Source of the DNA: an uncultured virus (IMG/VR IMGVR_UViG_3300021431_000104)
Lineage: Duplodnaviria > Heunggongvirae > Uroviricota > Caudoviricetes
IMG/VR virus record: IMGVR_UViG_3300021431_000104
Length of the DNA: 64,000 bases
Direction: 5' to 3' (one strand)
A model generated the notes under the pieces. The model did no database searches. It saw only the letters and a list, made by a program, of their open reading frames with translations, and was not told where the DNA came from. The position numbers were made by a program, and so were the translations under genes. Positions 27,238 to 35,842 of this stretch are shown here, in pieces. Each line of letters opens with the position of its first letter. Position 1 is the stretch's first letter.

Positions 27238-27459
27238 TTAAATATTATGTGATTTATTATACTCCATATTCCACTTATGGTGTTTAAGCCTAGCCTTTAA
27301 AGTAGATAACCTCTTACTGCCTGGATGTCTATCCCATGACTTTTTAGCAAACTTAACCAAGTTATTATACTCAACAGAAGTACTCTGGTTTTTATGATTT
27401 TGTTTAGGATCCTTATAATCTCCATACGGAGAAGTTTTAACCCAAATGATTTTTGGCAT
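27238..27459 (-). CDS. Hypothetical basic protein
   Basis: 73-aa ORF. Confidence 0.6.
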   Translation of the reverse strand: MPKIIWVKTSPYGDYKDPKQNHKNQSTSVEYNNLVKFAKKSWDRHPGSKRLSTLKARLKHHKWNMEYNKSHNI

Positions 27460-27461
27460 AT

Positions 27462-27860
27462 TTAGATATTTTTATTTTGTTGAACATAAATGATCTCATT
27501 GAAAGCCAATACCGTGAATTCCCATTTATCTTCGGATAATTCTATACCAGCTTCTTTAACCTCCTCCCAAAGATCTACTTCCTTGCCAGCATATAAACCG
27601 TAAGTAACTATCATACCAGGATCCTTTAATAATGGCTTATAGGTATTATACTCCTCAGTAATAGGTCCTGCAAAAATTACAGCACCCTCACGAGGCATAC
27701 CTTCTTTAGTATTACCCGGTACAATAATTGAACCTACCTTTGTATCTTGATCTTTTGGACTTAATATTAGAACTCTATTTTCAGTTGGGGTTCCAGTATT
27801 ACTTAAATAATTAGCTAGCTTGCAAGCTAACTCAGTTGAGATGTGATTTAATTTGAACAT
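27462..27860 (-). CDS. groES: Co-chaperonin GroES/Cpn10
   Basis: NRVLI...TKVGSIIVP...EGAVIFAGP...YAGKEV...EII. Confidence 0.85.
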   Translation of the reverse strand: MFKLNHISTELACKLANYLSNTGTPTENRVLILSPKDQDTKVGSIIVPGNTKEGMPREGAVIFAGPITEEYNTYKPLLKDPGMIVTYGLYAGKEVDLWEEVKEAGIELSEDKWEFTVLAFNEIIYVQQNKNI

Positions 27861-27888
27861 GTGTTACTAATTTTAATTGATTATATTC

Positions 27889-28311
27889 TTATAGTTGTTT
27901 ACGGAGATTTGCATTAAGTGTTCTAAGTATATTCTCTCTATTCTGATAGACATTACATAAAGAGGTATATTCAGCAGCTTTAGAAGCAGCTTTTAAGTAT
28001 CTATCACAAACAGACCTATACTTTTTGGAGGATAATACCTTGTTAGATACATAATCATTATTCCACCTTTCGTTAGAATCTTTAAAGTATACCCATTGAG
28101 TAGCATAGGTATCTTCCTTTTCTCTTGCTAGAGCATCTCTTTCTTTAATATACTTATCTCTAATAGAACAGAGTATATAATAACTAGAAGGTGACTCTCT
28201 GAGCTGAGAATTTAATAGATTTTCATTTATACTTAACTCTTTTTGAAGGTTTATTTCGATGGTTTTACCTTGAAACTTGACCTTTAGTTTTTTTATACTT
28301 ACATCTTTCAT
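27889..28311 (-). CDS. Helical protein, possibly a UvsY-like recombination mediator
   Basis: 140-aa coiled coil ending ANLRKQL; lies near recA and SSB. Confidence 0.5.
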   Translation of the reverse strand: MKDVSIKKLKVKFQGKTIEINLQKELSINENLLNSQLRESPSSYYILCSIRDKYIKERDALAREKEDTYATQWVYFKDSNERWNNDYVSNKVLSSKKYRSVCDRYLKAASKAAEYTSLCNVYQNRENILRTLNANLRKQL

Positions 28312-28508
28312 ATGTGTTCTGTGGTTAAATTAGTACTTGGATTACCTTTATGTTTAATAAGTATACCACAACTGGGACATTCTACAACTATCTCATTAAG
28401 TGATTTAACAAAAAGTAGGTCTGATGCTTGATATTCAAACTCGGTATCACAGCAACTACACATAGCCCTGTATTTCTTAATATTTCCCTGCCTTAAAATC
28501 TTCTTCAT
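28308..28508 (-). CDS. Zn-ribbon protein
   Basis: CSCC...CPSC. Confidence 0.7.
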   Translation of the reverse strand: MKKILRQGNIKKYRAMCSCCDTEFEYQASDLLFVKSLNEIVVECPSCGILIKHKGNPSTNLTTEHI

Positions 28509-30771
28509 ACTTCTTTATCTCTTTAGAGTATATCTGATTATACTGACTTGTATCTATATCTTTGAACTTTTTATGTAGTTCAAGGTAAGCATCTACCTCA
28601 AAATCTGGCTCTAACATTTTCCTATAATCATACCCAGGTATAAAGGGTAATTCTTCAGCCATAGACCTTCCAACAGTAAAGTCCATGGAGAGATCTACGT
28701 CATTTATCTGGAAGCCAAAGTATTTTTTAGTACTCGGGTTACGTAGTATTTCCCAAAAAGCAGATATGGTCCATGTGTTAATATATTCTGGTTTAGTATT
28801 TAGATAAATAGCATCATGTACAGTAGCTACTTCATCCATTTTAGGAAATTTACCTTGTCTCATCGCCCAGTAAATAAGTACTGAACCAAAAGCAGTTAAA
28901 CAACTGGCAGCTGATTGACAAGGGAAATTTAAACCAAGTCTGATAGCATAAGCTTGTTCATCTGGATTTCCGTATATCTGAGGTAATCTACGTTTAGCTC
29001 CGAAGAGTGAAACTAAATACCCATGTTTTTTAAGGAATCGTTCTTGTTTATTCTTAAACTTTTGAAGAGCAGGATGTTCTTCGAAGTATTCATCCATCTG
29101 TATTTTAGCTTCCTCTTTAGTTACCACTATACCAGCTTTTGGATCTGATAGTTTAACAGCTAGTAATCCTGGACCTATACCATATATAAGTCCAAAAGCT
29201 AACTGTTTAGCTTGTTTTCGTCTTATTTTCCAAAGTTTATGGTCTGGGTGGTTTTCATCATCCAACATTACCTTAGCTTCTTGATAAGGTATGTTGTATT
29301 TTTTACAGGCAATAGCTAAGTGTGGATCTTCTCCATTAGCAAAAGCTTTAAGATAAGTCTGATCTCCAGCTAGGTGAGCCATTACTCTTAATTCAGCCTG
29401 AGAATAGTCGAATACCAAATAGAGTTTACCCTTTGGAGCTACTAATTGCTTTTTAATATTTGGATCTACAGTAGTTTTTGGGATCTGTTGCATATTTGGA
29501 TCCTGAGAACTAAATCTCTGGGAAGTAGTACCATGTATTAAGTATCTACCATGTAATCTACTATCATCTTGAATTTTCTCACTCCAACCTTCTATAAAGG
29601 TAGTATACATTTTTTGAAGACCCCTTAAATCTAAGAGGTTATCCAAAAATATAGCTTTTGGATTTGTTGGTTTCTTTACAGTTAACCTTAATTGTTGTAA
29701 AGTTTCTTCTGCTGTAGAGGGATTACCAGTTTCTGTAAAAGTTTCACAATTAAAACCAAAACCTTCTACACTGTAGATGAGTAAAGGTAAATCTTTTGGA
29801 GAGCCTAAGTTTACAGGATTAGTTAACTCCCTTTCAGTTTTATTACTGTAAATACCCAACCTTACGTTAGCTATTTTTTGTTCTCGAGTAGCTATCTTCT
29901 TTTCTATACTAACTTTATTATCAGCCTCTTCATATTGATCATTTAACTCATCTATTTCTCTTTGTATCTTTTGGATATACTTTTCAGTTCTTTGCTCTAC
30001 TAAATACTTATGAAAACGTTTTACTTTTGGCAGATTTAGAATAGTATCTAGAGCTTTTTCAATCTTTTGCTTATATTCTATGAGTAACTTTTCATTAAAT
30101 GCTCTGTCAATATATAAACCATTAGTTTCCACTGATTGTAAAACCCTTGAACAACACATCGTAAAATTACGATAATAAGAGTATAGGTTTAAATCTATAA
30201 GCTTTTTCTCAAAGAATATACCGAGTCTAAAAGTATAGTCTGTATCTTGACCACCATATTGACAAAGTTCCTCTAAGGGTTTCTTATCCCAAGGTATCTT
30301 ATCAAAACCTCGAGAAGATTCATAATTACCATACTCTGGTAGATACCTTCTAACCATACTCTTAAGATCATTGGGTCTTTCTTCATTAAGTATGTACTTA
30401 GCTAACATAGCATCTATAAGAGTACCTCTGTAGTATATATGATATAATTGGAATATCTGTAAATCAAACTTAGCATTCCAAGCTAACTTAATTACAGAAA
30501 CGTTCTCGATGAGTTCATGACCTATCTTAGATATTGCCCATTTAGAAGAATAACTAATACCATACTCTTCCCTTTGGAAGTGATCTAAAACAATATTACA
30601 AGCAAAACCTGCTTGAAAGGTGATAGATACTATGGTGGGCTTAAAATCTTTGGTATATATAGGTTTACCATTAGTCTCAAAGTCGAAACTACAGTAACCC
30701 AGGGATATACAGGATTTAATTAGTTGCCTAACTTCAGCTTTAGTGGTTAATATTTTGGTTTTTGTTCTCAT
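28477..30771 (-). CDS. polA: Family A DNA polymerase with 3'-5' exonuclease
   Basis: DFET, NAKFD and YGGQD exonuclease motifs; PNMQQIP, DYSQAELR, AKQLAFGLIYG, VHDA. Confidence 0.95.
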   Translation of the reverse strand: MRTKTKILTTKAEVRQLIKSCISLGYCSFDFETNGKPIYTKDFKPTIVSITFQAGFACNIVLDHFQREEYGISYSSKWAISKIGHELIENVSVIKLAWNAKFDLQIFQLYHIYYRGTLIDAMLAKYILNEERPNDLKSMVRRYLPEYGNYESSRGFDKIPWDKKPLEELCQYGGQDTDYTFRLGIFFEKKLIDLNLYSYYRNFTMCCSRVLQSVETNGLYIDRAFNEKLLIEYKQKIEKALDTILNLPKVKRFHKYLVEQRTEKYIQKIQREIDELNDQYEEADNKVSIEKKIATREQKIANVRLGIYSNKTERELTNPVNLGSPKDLPLLIYSVEGFGFNCETFTETGNPSTAEETLQQLRLTVKKPTNPKAIFLDNLLDLRGLQKMYTTFIEGWSEKIQDDSRLHGRYLIHGTTSQRFSSQDPNMQQIPKTTVDPNIKKQLVAPKGKLYLVFDYSQAELRVMAHLAGDQTYLKAFANGEDPHLAIACKKYNIPYQEAKVMLDDENHPDHKLWKIRRKQAKQLAFGLIYGIGPGLLAVKLSDPKAGIVVTKEEAKIQMDEYFEEHPALQKFKNKQERFLKKHGYLVSLFGAKRRLPQIYGNPDEQAYAIRLGLNFPCQSAASCLTAFGSVLIYWAMRQGKFPKMDEVATVHDAIYLNTKPEYINTWTISAFWEILRNPSTKKYFGFQINDVDLSMDFTVGRSMAEELPFIPGYDYRKMLEPDFEVDAYLELHKKFKDIDTSQYNQIYSKEIKKYEEDFKAGKY

Positions 30772-30791
30772 GAAGTGTAAATTTACATTAA

Positions 30792-30829
30792 ATATAGGAA
30801 CTTACTGTTTTATAAGCAAGTTCCTATAT
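30792..30829 (-). promoter_or_regulatory. Hairpin upstream of the polymerase gene (terminator or attenuator)
   Basis: 12-bp inverted repeat ATATAGGAACTT...AAGTTCCTATAT. Confidence 0.55.
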
Positions 30830-30852
30830 AAGTATAGAATTTCCCTAAAAAC

Positions 30853-31650
30853 TTAATTACTTGTGTTAGTATCAGAAGCTAGATCATCTATAGAGGTTTT
30901 AAGCTTCCACCAATCCCTCTGATAAGAATGTAAACTTCCTATTTGATGATACAAATAACCGTGTTCAACTCCTACTTTATCTGCTACATACTCCATAAGA
31001 CTCCAAGCTAGATATACATCATCTCCGAAGTGCTCACAAAAATCGGATGAACGCTGATTATAAATAAGGTGACATACCTTTTCTCCCTTAGAGTTTGGAC
31101 GTATAAGGAATTGATAATACATAGAACAGGGTATACGAGCTCTACCATCAAGTCTACCACTATCTATTTCCGAATCAAAGATACTTAATACAGCTTTACG
31201 AGTATCTGGATCATATTTTAATAACCTAATGATATCTTCTAAGTAAGTTTGACATGAGAGATCTTTACCATCATTAAACTTATTAGAAAAAACAGGGTCG
31301 TTTATTCGTTCAGCATAGGTATAGTCAAACTTATTATGCTTATTCAAAAACTCTTCCCACATGGGCTTGTTTAATTTCCAAGCCTCTCCAGGATTTATCT
31401 GTTTACCTGAAACTCTTTCCTTAAATTCAGCATCAGCCCATTCTTTAGTGTTTGTATAAACGAATAACCACTCTAAATCTGTAAGTGAAGTTAAGCAATA
31501 ACTCTCAGCTATAAGCTCTTTGGTTATAAAATCGGGATTACCCTCGATATTTTTATTTTGATAGGTTTTGGGCTTATTTTCAATTCCCATCTCCCATAGA
31601 TTTCTGCCAGTTTCTGACATCAATTCGTAAGCGTTACAATAGATTCTCAT
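30853..31650 (-). CDS. Thymidylate-synthase-fold enzyme of dCMP-specific type (dCMP hydroxymethylase/methylase-like)
   Basis: DPDTRKA, PC, QRSSDFCEHFGDD (Asp at the Asn177-equivalent position), GSLHSY. Confidence 0.85.
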   Translation of the reverse strand: MRIYCNAYELMSETGRNLWEMGIENKPKTYQNKNIEGNPDFITKELIAESYCLTSLTDLEWLFVYTNTKEWADAEFKERVSGKQINPGEAWKLNKPMWEEFLNKHNKFDYTYAERINDPVFSNKFNDGKDLSCQTYLEDIIRLLKYDPDTRKAVLSIFDSEIDSGRLDGRARIPCSMYYQFLIRPNSKGEKVCHLIYNQRSSDFCEHFGDDVYLAWSLMEYVADKVGVEHGYLYHQIGSLHSYQRDWWKLKTSIDDLASDTNTSN

Positions 31651-31654
31651 ACCT

Positions 31655-32566
31655 TTACTGTTTATTTTGTTTCTTTAAATATTGAGTTTTAAACTTTTTC
31701 CTCTGGCTATAAGAAATACACTCTTCTGGATAAGGTATGCCCTCATCATACTCTAAGAGCATATCTTTAGCATACAGAGGTTTATATTCATATAGATCTG
31801 GTCTTATAACTTTGAATGAGCGGAAAAATACTTTAAAACTTGAGAACTGTTTCTCATCTCCAGTCTTATATTTCTTAAATACTTCCTTTACGTGTTTAGT
31901 CCAAGGGTTTTTATGACCTTTTAATACCTTTTTTAGGGGTTTGTAAGCATCATACATCATAAGTGTCTCAACATTACCATACATCTGAGTACAGAATAAG
32001 TTAAGTTGAACAGTTTGATCTGGACCATACACGTATTCAGCCATTCTTTGAACTAAAAGGAAGTCAAAAATCAACCTTTTAGTAATCTCTGAAGCTCTAA
32101 GGATCATAGTTAATACAGGTACATCCTCTTGGAAGCGTTTAGAGAAGGTAACTGCTAGTAAACATTGCTTACCATTATCATGGCGATTGTTAAATACATA
32201 ACTATGATTGTAATTTTGATTATACCTAGCTTTAAGATCTCTCAATCGGCTACGCATAAGATCAAGTTTATTAAAATCAATGTAGTTATTTAACAATGAA
32301 GTCCACTTGGTAGCAGTATAGTTAAATACTCGACCATAATTAAATTCTGGGTCTACATAAGCCTTACGTATCTTAATAAATACATTGTATACTGTAGCTA
32401 AACCAGAATTAGCTAACCCACCTTTCTCAAAAAGTAGGGGATCTATGGTCAAAAACATCTCATTGAGCTTTTCCCAAGCCTCTTGGGAAGTTGAAAATTC
32501 GAGGGAATGTACTCCCTCTTCTAAATTAAACTGTATACCCTCTAAGGGTCTGTTCCATCCGCTCAC
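31655..32566 (-). CDS. Divergent second thymidylate-synthase-fold protein
   Basis: TSQEAWEKL, KQCLL, LRASEITKRLIFD; GTG start coupled to the upstream TAG. Confidence 0.7.
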   Translation of the reverse strand: MSGWNRPLEGIQFNLEEGVHSLEFSTSQEAWEKLNEMFLTIDPLLFEKGGLANSGLATVYNVFIKIRKAYVDPEFNYGRVFNYTATKWTSLLNNYIDFNKLDLMRSRLRDLKARYNQNYNHSYVFNNRHDNGKQCLLAVTFSKRFQEDVPVLTMILRASEITKRLIFDFLLVQRMAEYVYGPDQTVQLNLFCTQMYGNVETLMMYDAYKPLKKVLKGHKNPWTKHVKEVFKKYKTGDEKQFSSFKVFFRSFKVIRPDLYEYKPLYAKDMLLEYDEGIPYPEECISYSQRKKFKTQYLKKQNKQ

Positions 32567-33477
32567 TAGTAATTACTTTTAATTCTGAACTGATTAACTA
32601 AATGCTTTTTATACCTTAACTGAAGTAGAGAGTTTGGGTTGAATCCAATAAAATGGAAATAACCCATTAATTCGAGAAAAGCTATAACCACCTCTTCCTG
32701 GAACCTTTGTTCATCGGTAATTTCTCCAGTTTGTTTCCAAGGCTTGTTTTTAAGGAAGTTACGTGCTACTGAAAGGTGATAAGTTAATTCCCAGCACATC
32801 TTAGCCTCACCATCATGGGTAGACCAGGATATCCTACGGAAAGCAGGAATATATGAAGCTACTTTGTCGTAATCCTTGATATTAAAGTTATCAAATAATG
32901 TAGGATTAAAGATATCCCAAGCCCAAGCACAAACATGAATAAGATTAATATCGAACCTACTCTGTAGTATACCAAAACCTACTTTCATAATGAACTGAGT
33001 AGATATACCATCTTCATCTGTATTTGGATCCACTAGTACATGTAACCTCTTACTAAGGATATAAGACTTTATATCATCTACTCCAATATTACTGTACAAG
33101 AGTAAATTTATAAAGAAAGCTATAGCATCTGCTTGCTCCTCATTCGAATTCTGTAGGTGATTTAAGAGTTGCTGATAATTTTCTTTAGTCCACTTAGGAG
33201 AATTAAAATTATAACCTAAACTGTCCATCATTTGAAGTACTAGTGTAGTAGATTCATAACCTTCACCTAATTCCTCTATAACCCTGGCTGACATGTCTTT
33301 AAGAATAGCTTGGGCTTTACGAGTATTAACATTTAAAGGCCACTCTGGAAGACCTTCTATGGGTAAATACTCCTTTAACAGTGAACTTTGGAGCTCAAAC
33401 ATTTTCTCGAGCTCCTTACCTTGTTCACATATACATTTTTCATTTACGAAATTTCTACAATCCATGTTATTGAACAT
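32566..33477 (-). CDS. All-alpha NTP pyrophosphatase, T4 gp56 dCTPase/dUTPase-like, internally duplicated
   Basis: MFELQ, EELGE, EEQADAIAFF, KPWKQ, EEVV, YKKHLVNQFRIKSNY. Confidence 0.75.
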   Translation of the reverse strand: MFNNMDCRNFVNEKCICEQGKELEKMFELQSSLLKEYLPIEGLPEWPLNVNTRKAQAILKDMSARVIEELGEGYESTTLVLQMMDSLGYNFNSPKWTKENYQQLLNHLQNSNEEQADAIAFFINLLLYSNIGVDDIKSYILSKRLHVLVDPNTDEDGISTQFIMKVGFGILQSRFDINLIHVCAWAWDIFNPTLFDNFNIKDYDKVASYIPAFRRISWSTHDGEAKMCWELTYHLSVARNFLKNKPWKQTGEITDEQRFQEEVVIAFLELMGYFHFIGFNPNSLLQLRYKKHLVNQFRIKSNY

Positions 33478-34033
33478 TATCCGTTGAACCTTGCCAATTA
33501 CTACCTCTTTCTGACCAATCAGAAGCTAGATATTCAAACTCATCACCAGTTATCTTTTTAGGCTCTGTAAGAAGTACTGGTACATGAATAAACTGAAGGA
33601 TAGCTTTATTAAAGTCTATCTCTTGTGATTGGTGTGTAGTGTTTATTATACTCAGATGTATTTCACCTGTATAAGTTGAATCTACTATCTCTGCTCCATA
33701 GATTAAACCCTTTTTAGTAGAAATACCAGACTTATTGGCAGCCATAAGCATAGATTCTGCTGGTTTTATTAAAGCTCTTACTCCAGAAGGTATTAAAACT
33801 CTAGAACCGGCTCCCAAGGTAATTCCAGTTACTACCTTTACAGGAACATCTCCAGACCTATCTTCATCATAATCAAAGATAACACCCATCTGAGGATTTA
33901 TCTTTTCCATCTCCTGTAAATCAAGATCCTTAGGTATAAAAAAATCTATACCTGCTTCTCTTTTAGAAGCTCTACGAGGTTCTCTTACATCTCTACATAA
34001 ACAATACTGAATACTTATTTCCCTACTTTCCAT
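33467..34033 (-). CDS. dut: Trimeric dUTPase
   Basis: AGIDF, IPSG, KSG, IVDSTYTGEI, Q, RGSNWQGST. Confidence 0.9.
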   Translation of the reverse strand: MESREISIQYCLCRDVREPRRASKREAGIDFFIPKDLDLQEMEKINPQMGVIFDYDEDRSGDVPVKVVTGITLGAGSRVLIPSGVRALIKPAESMLMAANKSGISTKKGLIYGAEIVDSTYTGEIHLSIINTTHQSQEIDFNKAILQFIHVPVLLTEPKKITGDEFEYLASDWSERGSNWQGSTDNVQ

Positions 34034-34035
34034 AT

Positions 34036-34416
34036 TTATAGGCTTTTATAAATTAAACGAATATCTTTCTTTGGTACCTCAAATTTTATTGAGGCTTTTT
34101 CTACTATTTCCTTACGAGTTTTACCTTTACGTTTCAAACCACGAATGTATTTCTTTATACCCTTTACATCCTCTAAGGTCTCTAAATCCTTGTAATGATT
34201 TTTATCCTCTAATTCTTTACGAGTAATGTTCAGCATCTGAGACATCTTTATACAACAGAGTTCTGAATCACCACAAATCTTACATTCTTTAGTACTTAAG
34301 TCATAACCTTTACCAAAACAAGGATCTCCATTACTACCCAACTGAGTTACATCTATCGGCAATAATGGATTTTGTTTACTTAGTACTGGTAAATCTTTCT
34401 TTTTCTTACTTGACAT
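34036..34416 (-). CDS. Cys-containing hypothetical protein
   Basis: CFG...CKIC....CC; basic helical C-terminus. Confidence 0.75.
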   Translation of the reverse strand: MSSKKKKDLPVLSKQNPLLPIDVTQLGSNGDPCFGKGYDLSTKECKICGDSELCCIKMSQMLNITRKELEDKNHYKDLETLEDVKGIKKYIRGLKRKGKTRKEIVEKASIKFEVPKKDIRLIYKSL

Positions 34417-34481
34417 ATGTTATTGAGTTTATCTAAGTTACTTATTTATAAATAGTTAGTAAGATATTATAGGTTTTGAAG

Positions 34482-35141
34482 CTAACTTTCTATCATTACC
34501 TCTTCACTACAAGCCTTTGATTTGGAGGTACTTTGTCTTTGAGAGAATCCACCACTTTGAGAAAATCTCGAACAATGTTCCCATTCGTCTTGAAAAGCTA
34601 TTGATACACTTTCTCCGTTCTTACCTTTGTAAGAGTCATCCTCAATTCTATCAATGATGAATGCAGGCATCTCTCCATTACGATTGAAAATCCTTTGTCC
34701 AACACTGAATTTTGGTACAAGTTTAGGTTCATTACATATGAACTTTTCCTCAAGGGAGTTCAACCAATTAAGACGTTCATTCTTTCCTTCTTTACTGATA
34801 TAGGTCATCTGGTCAACATCTCTCTGCAAAGTGAAAGCCATGATTCTATCATTCTCAGTCCACAGGGTTTTTGGTTTACCTATATTTTCAACCCAAGCAA
34901 GCATTTCTTCTTTAGAAAAACCGTTATCAAAATCTTGAGAAGGTTGAGTACAAATCCAACCATAAATTACTTTCCTTATCCTCTCACTCTTATCCTCTTT
35001 TAGTTCTGGGAAGATAATTTCTAAATCATCTGCATATAACTGATTACCTCTTTGTTTATAGCCTTTATAAAATCCTTTTGCTATTTCTAAAGCCTTGTTA
35101 TAGCGTTCGGCTTTTTCTTCTATTGATAATTCTTTTGCCAT
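34482..35141 (-). CDS. Hypothetical protein (inserted block)
   Basis: IEEKAERY...IFPELKEDKSERIRK style typical of gut Bacteroidota phage accessory ORFs. Confidence 0.7.
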   Translation of the reverse strand: MAKELSIEEKAERYNKALEIAKGFYKGYKQRGNQLYADDLEIIFPELKEDKSERIRKVIYGWICTQPSQDFDNGFSKEEMLAWVENIGKPKTLWTENDRIMAFTLQRDVDQMTYISKEGKNERLNWLNSLEEKFICNEPKLVPKFSVGQRIFNRNGEMPAFIIDRIEDDSYKGKNGESVSIAFQDEWEHCSRFSQSGGFSQRQSTSKSKACSEEVMIES

Positions 35142-35143
35142 AG

Positions 35144-35506
35144 TTATAATAAGTTTTGTTCGTGGAGTTTAATAATCATTTCTACGCAAGCATCAACTGG
35201 ATTATTAAATACCTTTGTAGACCTTTCATGATCACGAGATTCTACGTAATAAAAACCCTGATAATTTTTTACTACTACATATCCAATTGGTAAAACATTA
35301 ATCAATGCAGCAAGACTCCAACAAGTTATATCGCCTATATCCAATTTGTTTTCTTCGTCAATTATTGTCGGAGTATTATCATAACTCCATTCTTTTGTTT
35401 TGATGTCCATGCCATAGCAGTAATACATATCTGCACTTTCAATTGGCAGTATCTTTGCTAACTTCTTTGACTGCTCCAGCGATGTGAAACTCTTAATTAT
35501 TACCAT
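35144..35506 (-). CDS. Hypothetical protein (inserted block)
   Basis: TSLEQSKKL...SADM.Y...CWSLAAL...P...VDACVEMI. Confidence 0.75.
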   Translation of the reverse strand: MVIIKSFTSLEQSKKLAKILPIESADMYYCYGMDIKTKEWSYDNTPTIIDEENKLDIGDITCWSLAALINVLPIGYVVVKNYQGFYYVESRDHERSTKVFNNPVDACVEMIIKLHEQNLL

Positions 35507-35511
35507 AGTTA

Positions 35512-35787
35512 TTAATATGATTTACTTTCAAAGTATTTGTTTATATACTCTTTAATCTCCTCCTCAGTGAATAAAGCTTCGTCTTTAATTCTATGTTGTA
35601 TATTAAACTTAGCATCTGTAGTTGTTGCTAAATATACAATTTTATTGTTCTGCCTTGAACTATCTAAAGAAAATCTCTCAACACTGATTTCAATCCTGTT
35701 AATGACTAAATTATGAATTTCTCCATCAACAAACCCAAATGCTGAGTCTCCAATGTCAAATTTTGTTTTAACGTTAATTGTTGCCAT
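35512..35787 (-). CDS. Hypothetical protein (inserted block)
   Basis: 91 aa; TKFDIGD motif. Confidence 0.75.
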   Translation of the reverse strand: MATINVKTKFDIGDSAFGFVDGEIHNLVINRIEISVERFSLDSSRQNNKIVYLATTTDAKFNIQHRIKDEALFTEEEIKEYINKYFESKSY

Positions 35788-35789
35788 AG

Positions 35790-35840
35790 TTATTTCTCTT
35801 TAAGTTTTTTGATAAGGGCATCTGCTTGTTCTACTTCCAT
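35790..35840 (-). pseudogene. 16-codon gene remnant MEVEQADALIKKLKEK
   Basis: Resembles the ADALI..LK C-terminal motif of a common small phage protein family; lies at the edge of the inserted block. Confidence 0.45.
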
Positions 35841-35842
35841 CC

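Noticed and set aside
30853..31650. Ordinary thymidylate synthase (thyA) annotation
   Set aside because: It has Asp rather than Asn at the specificity position and is linked to a dCTPase-like gene.
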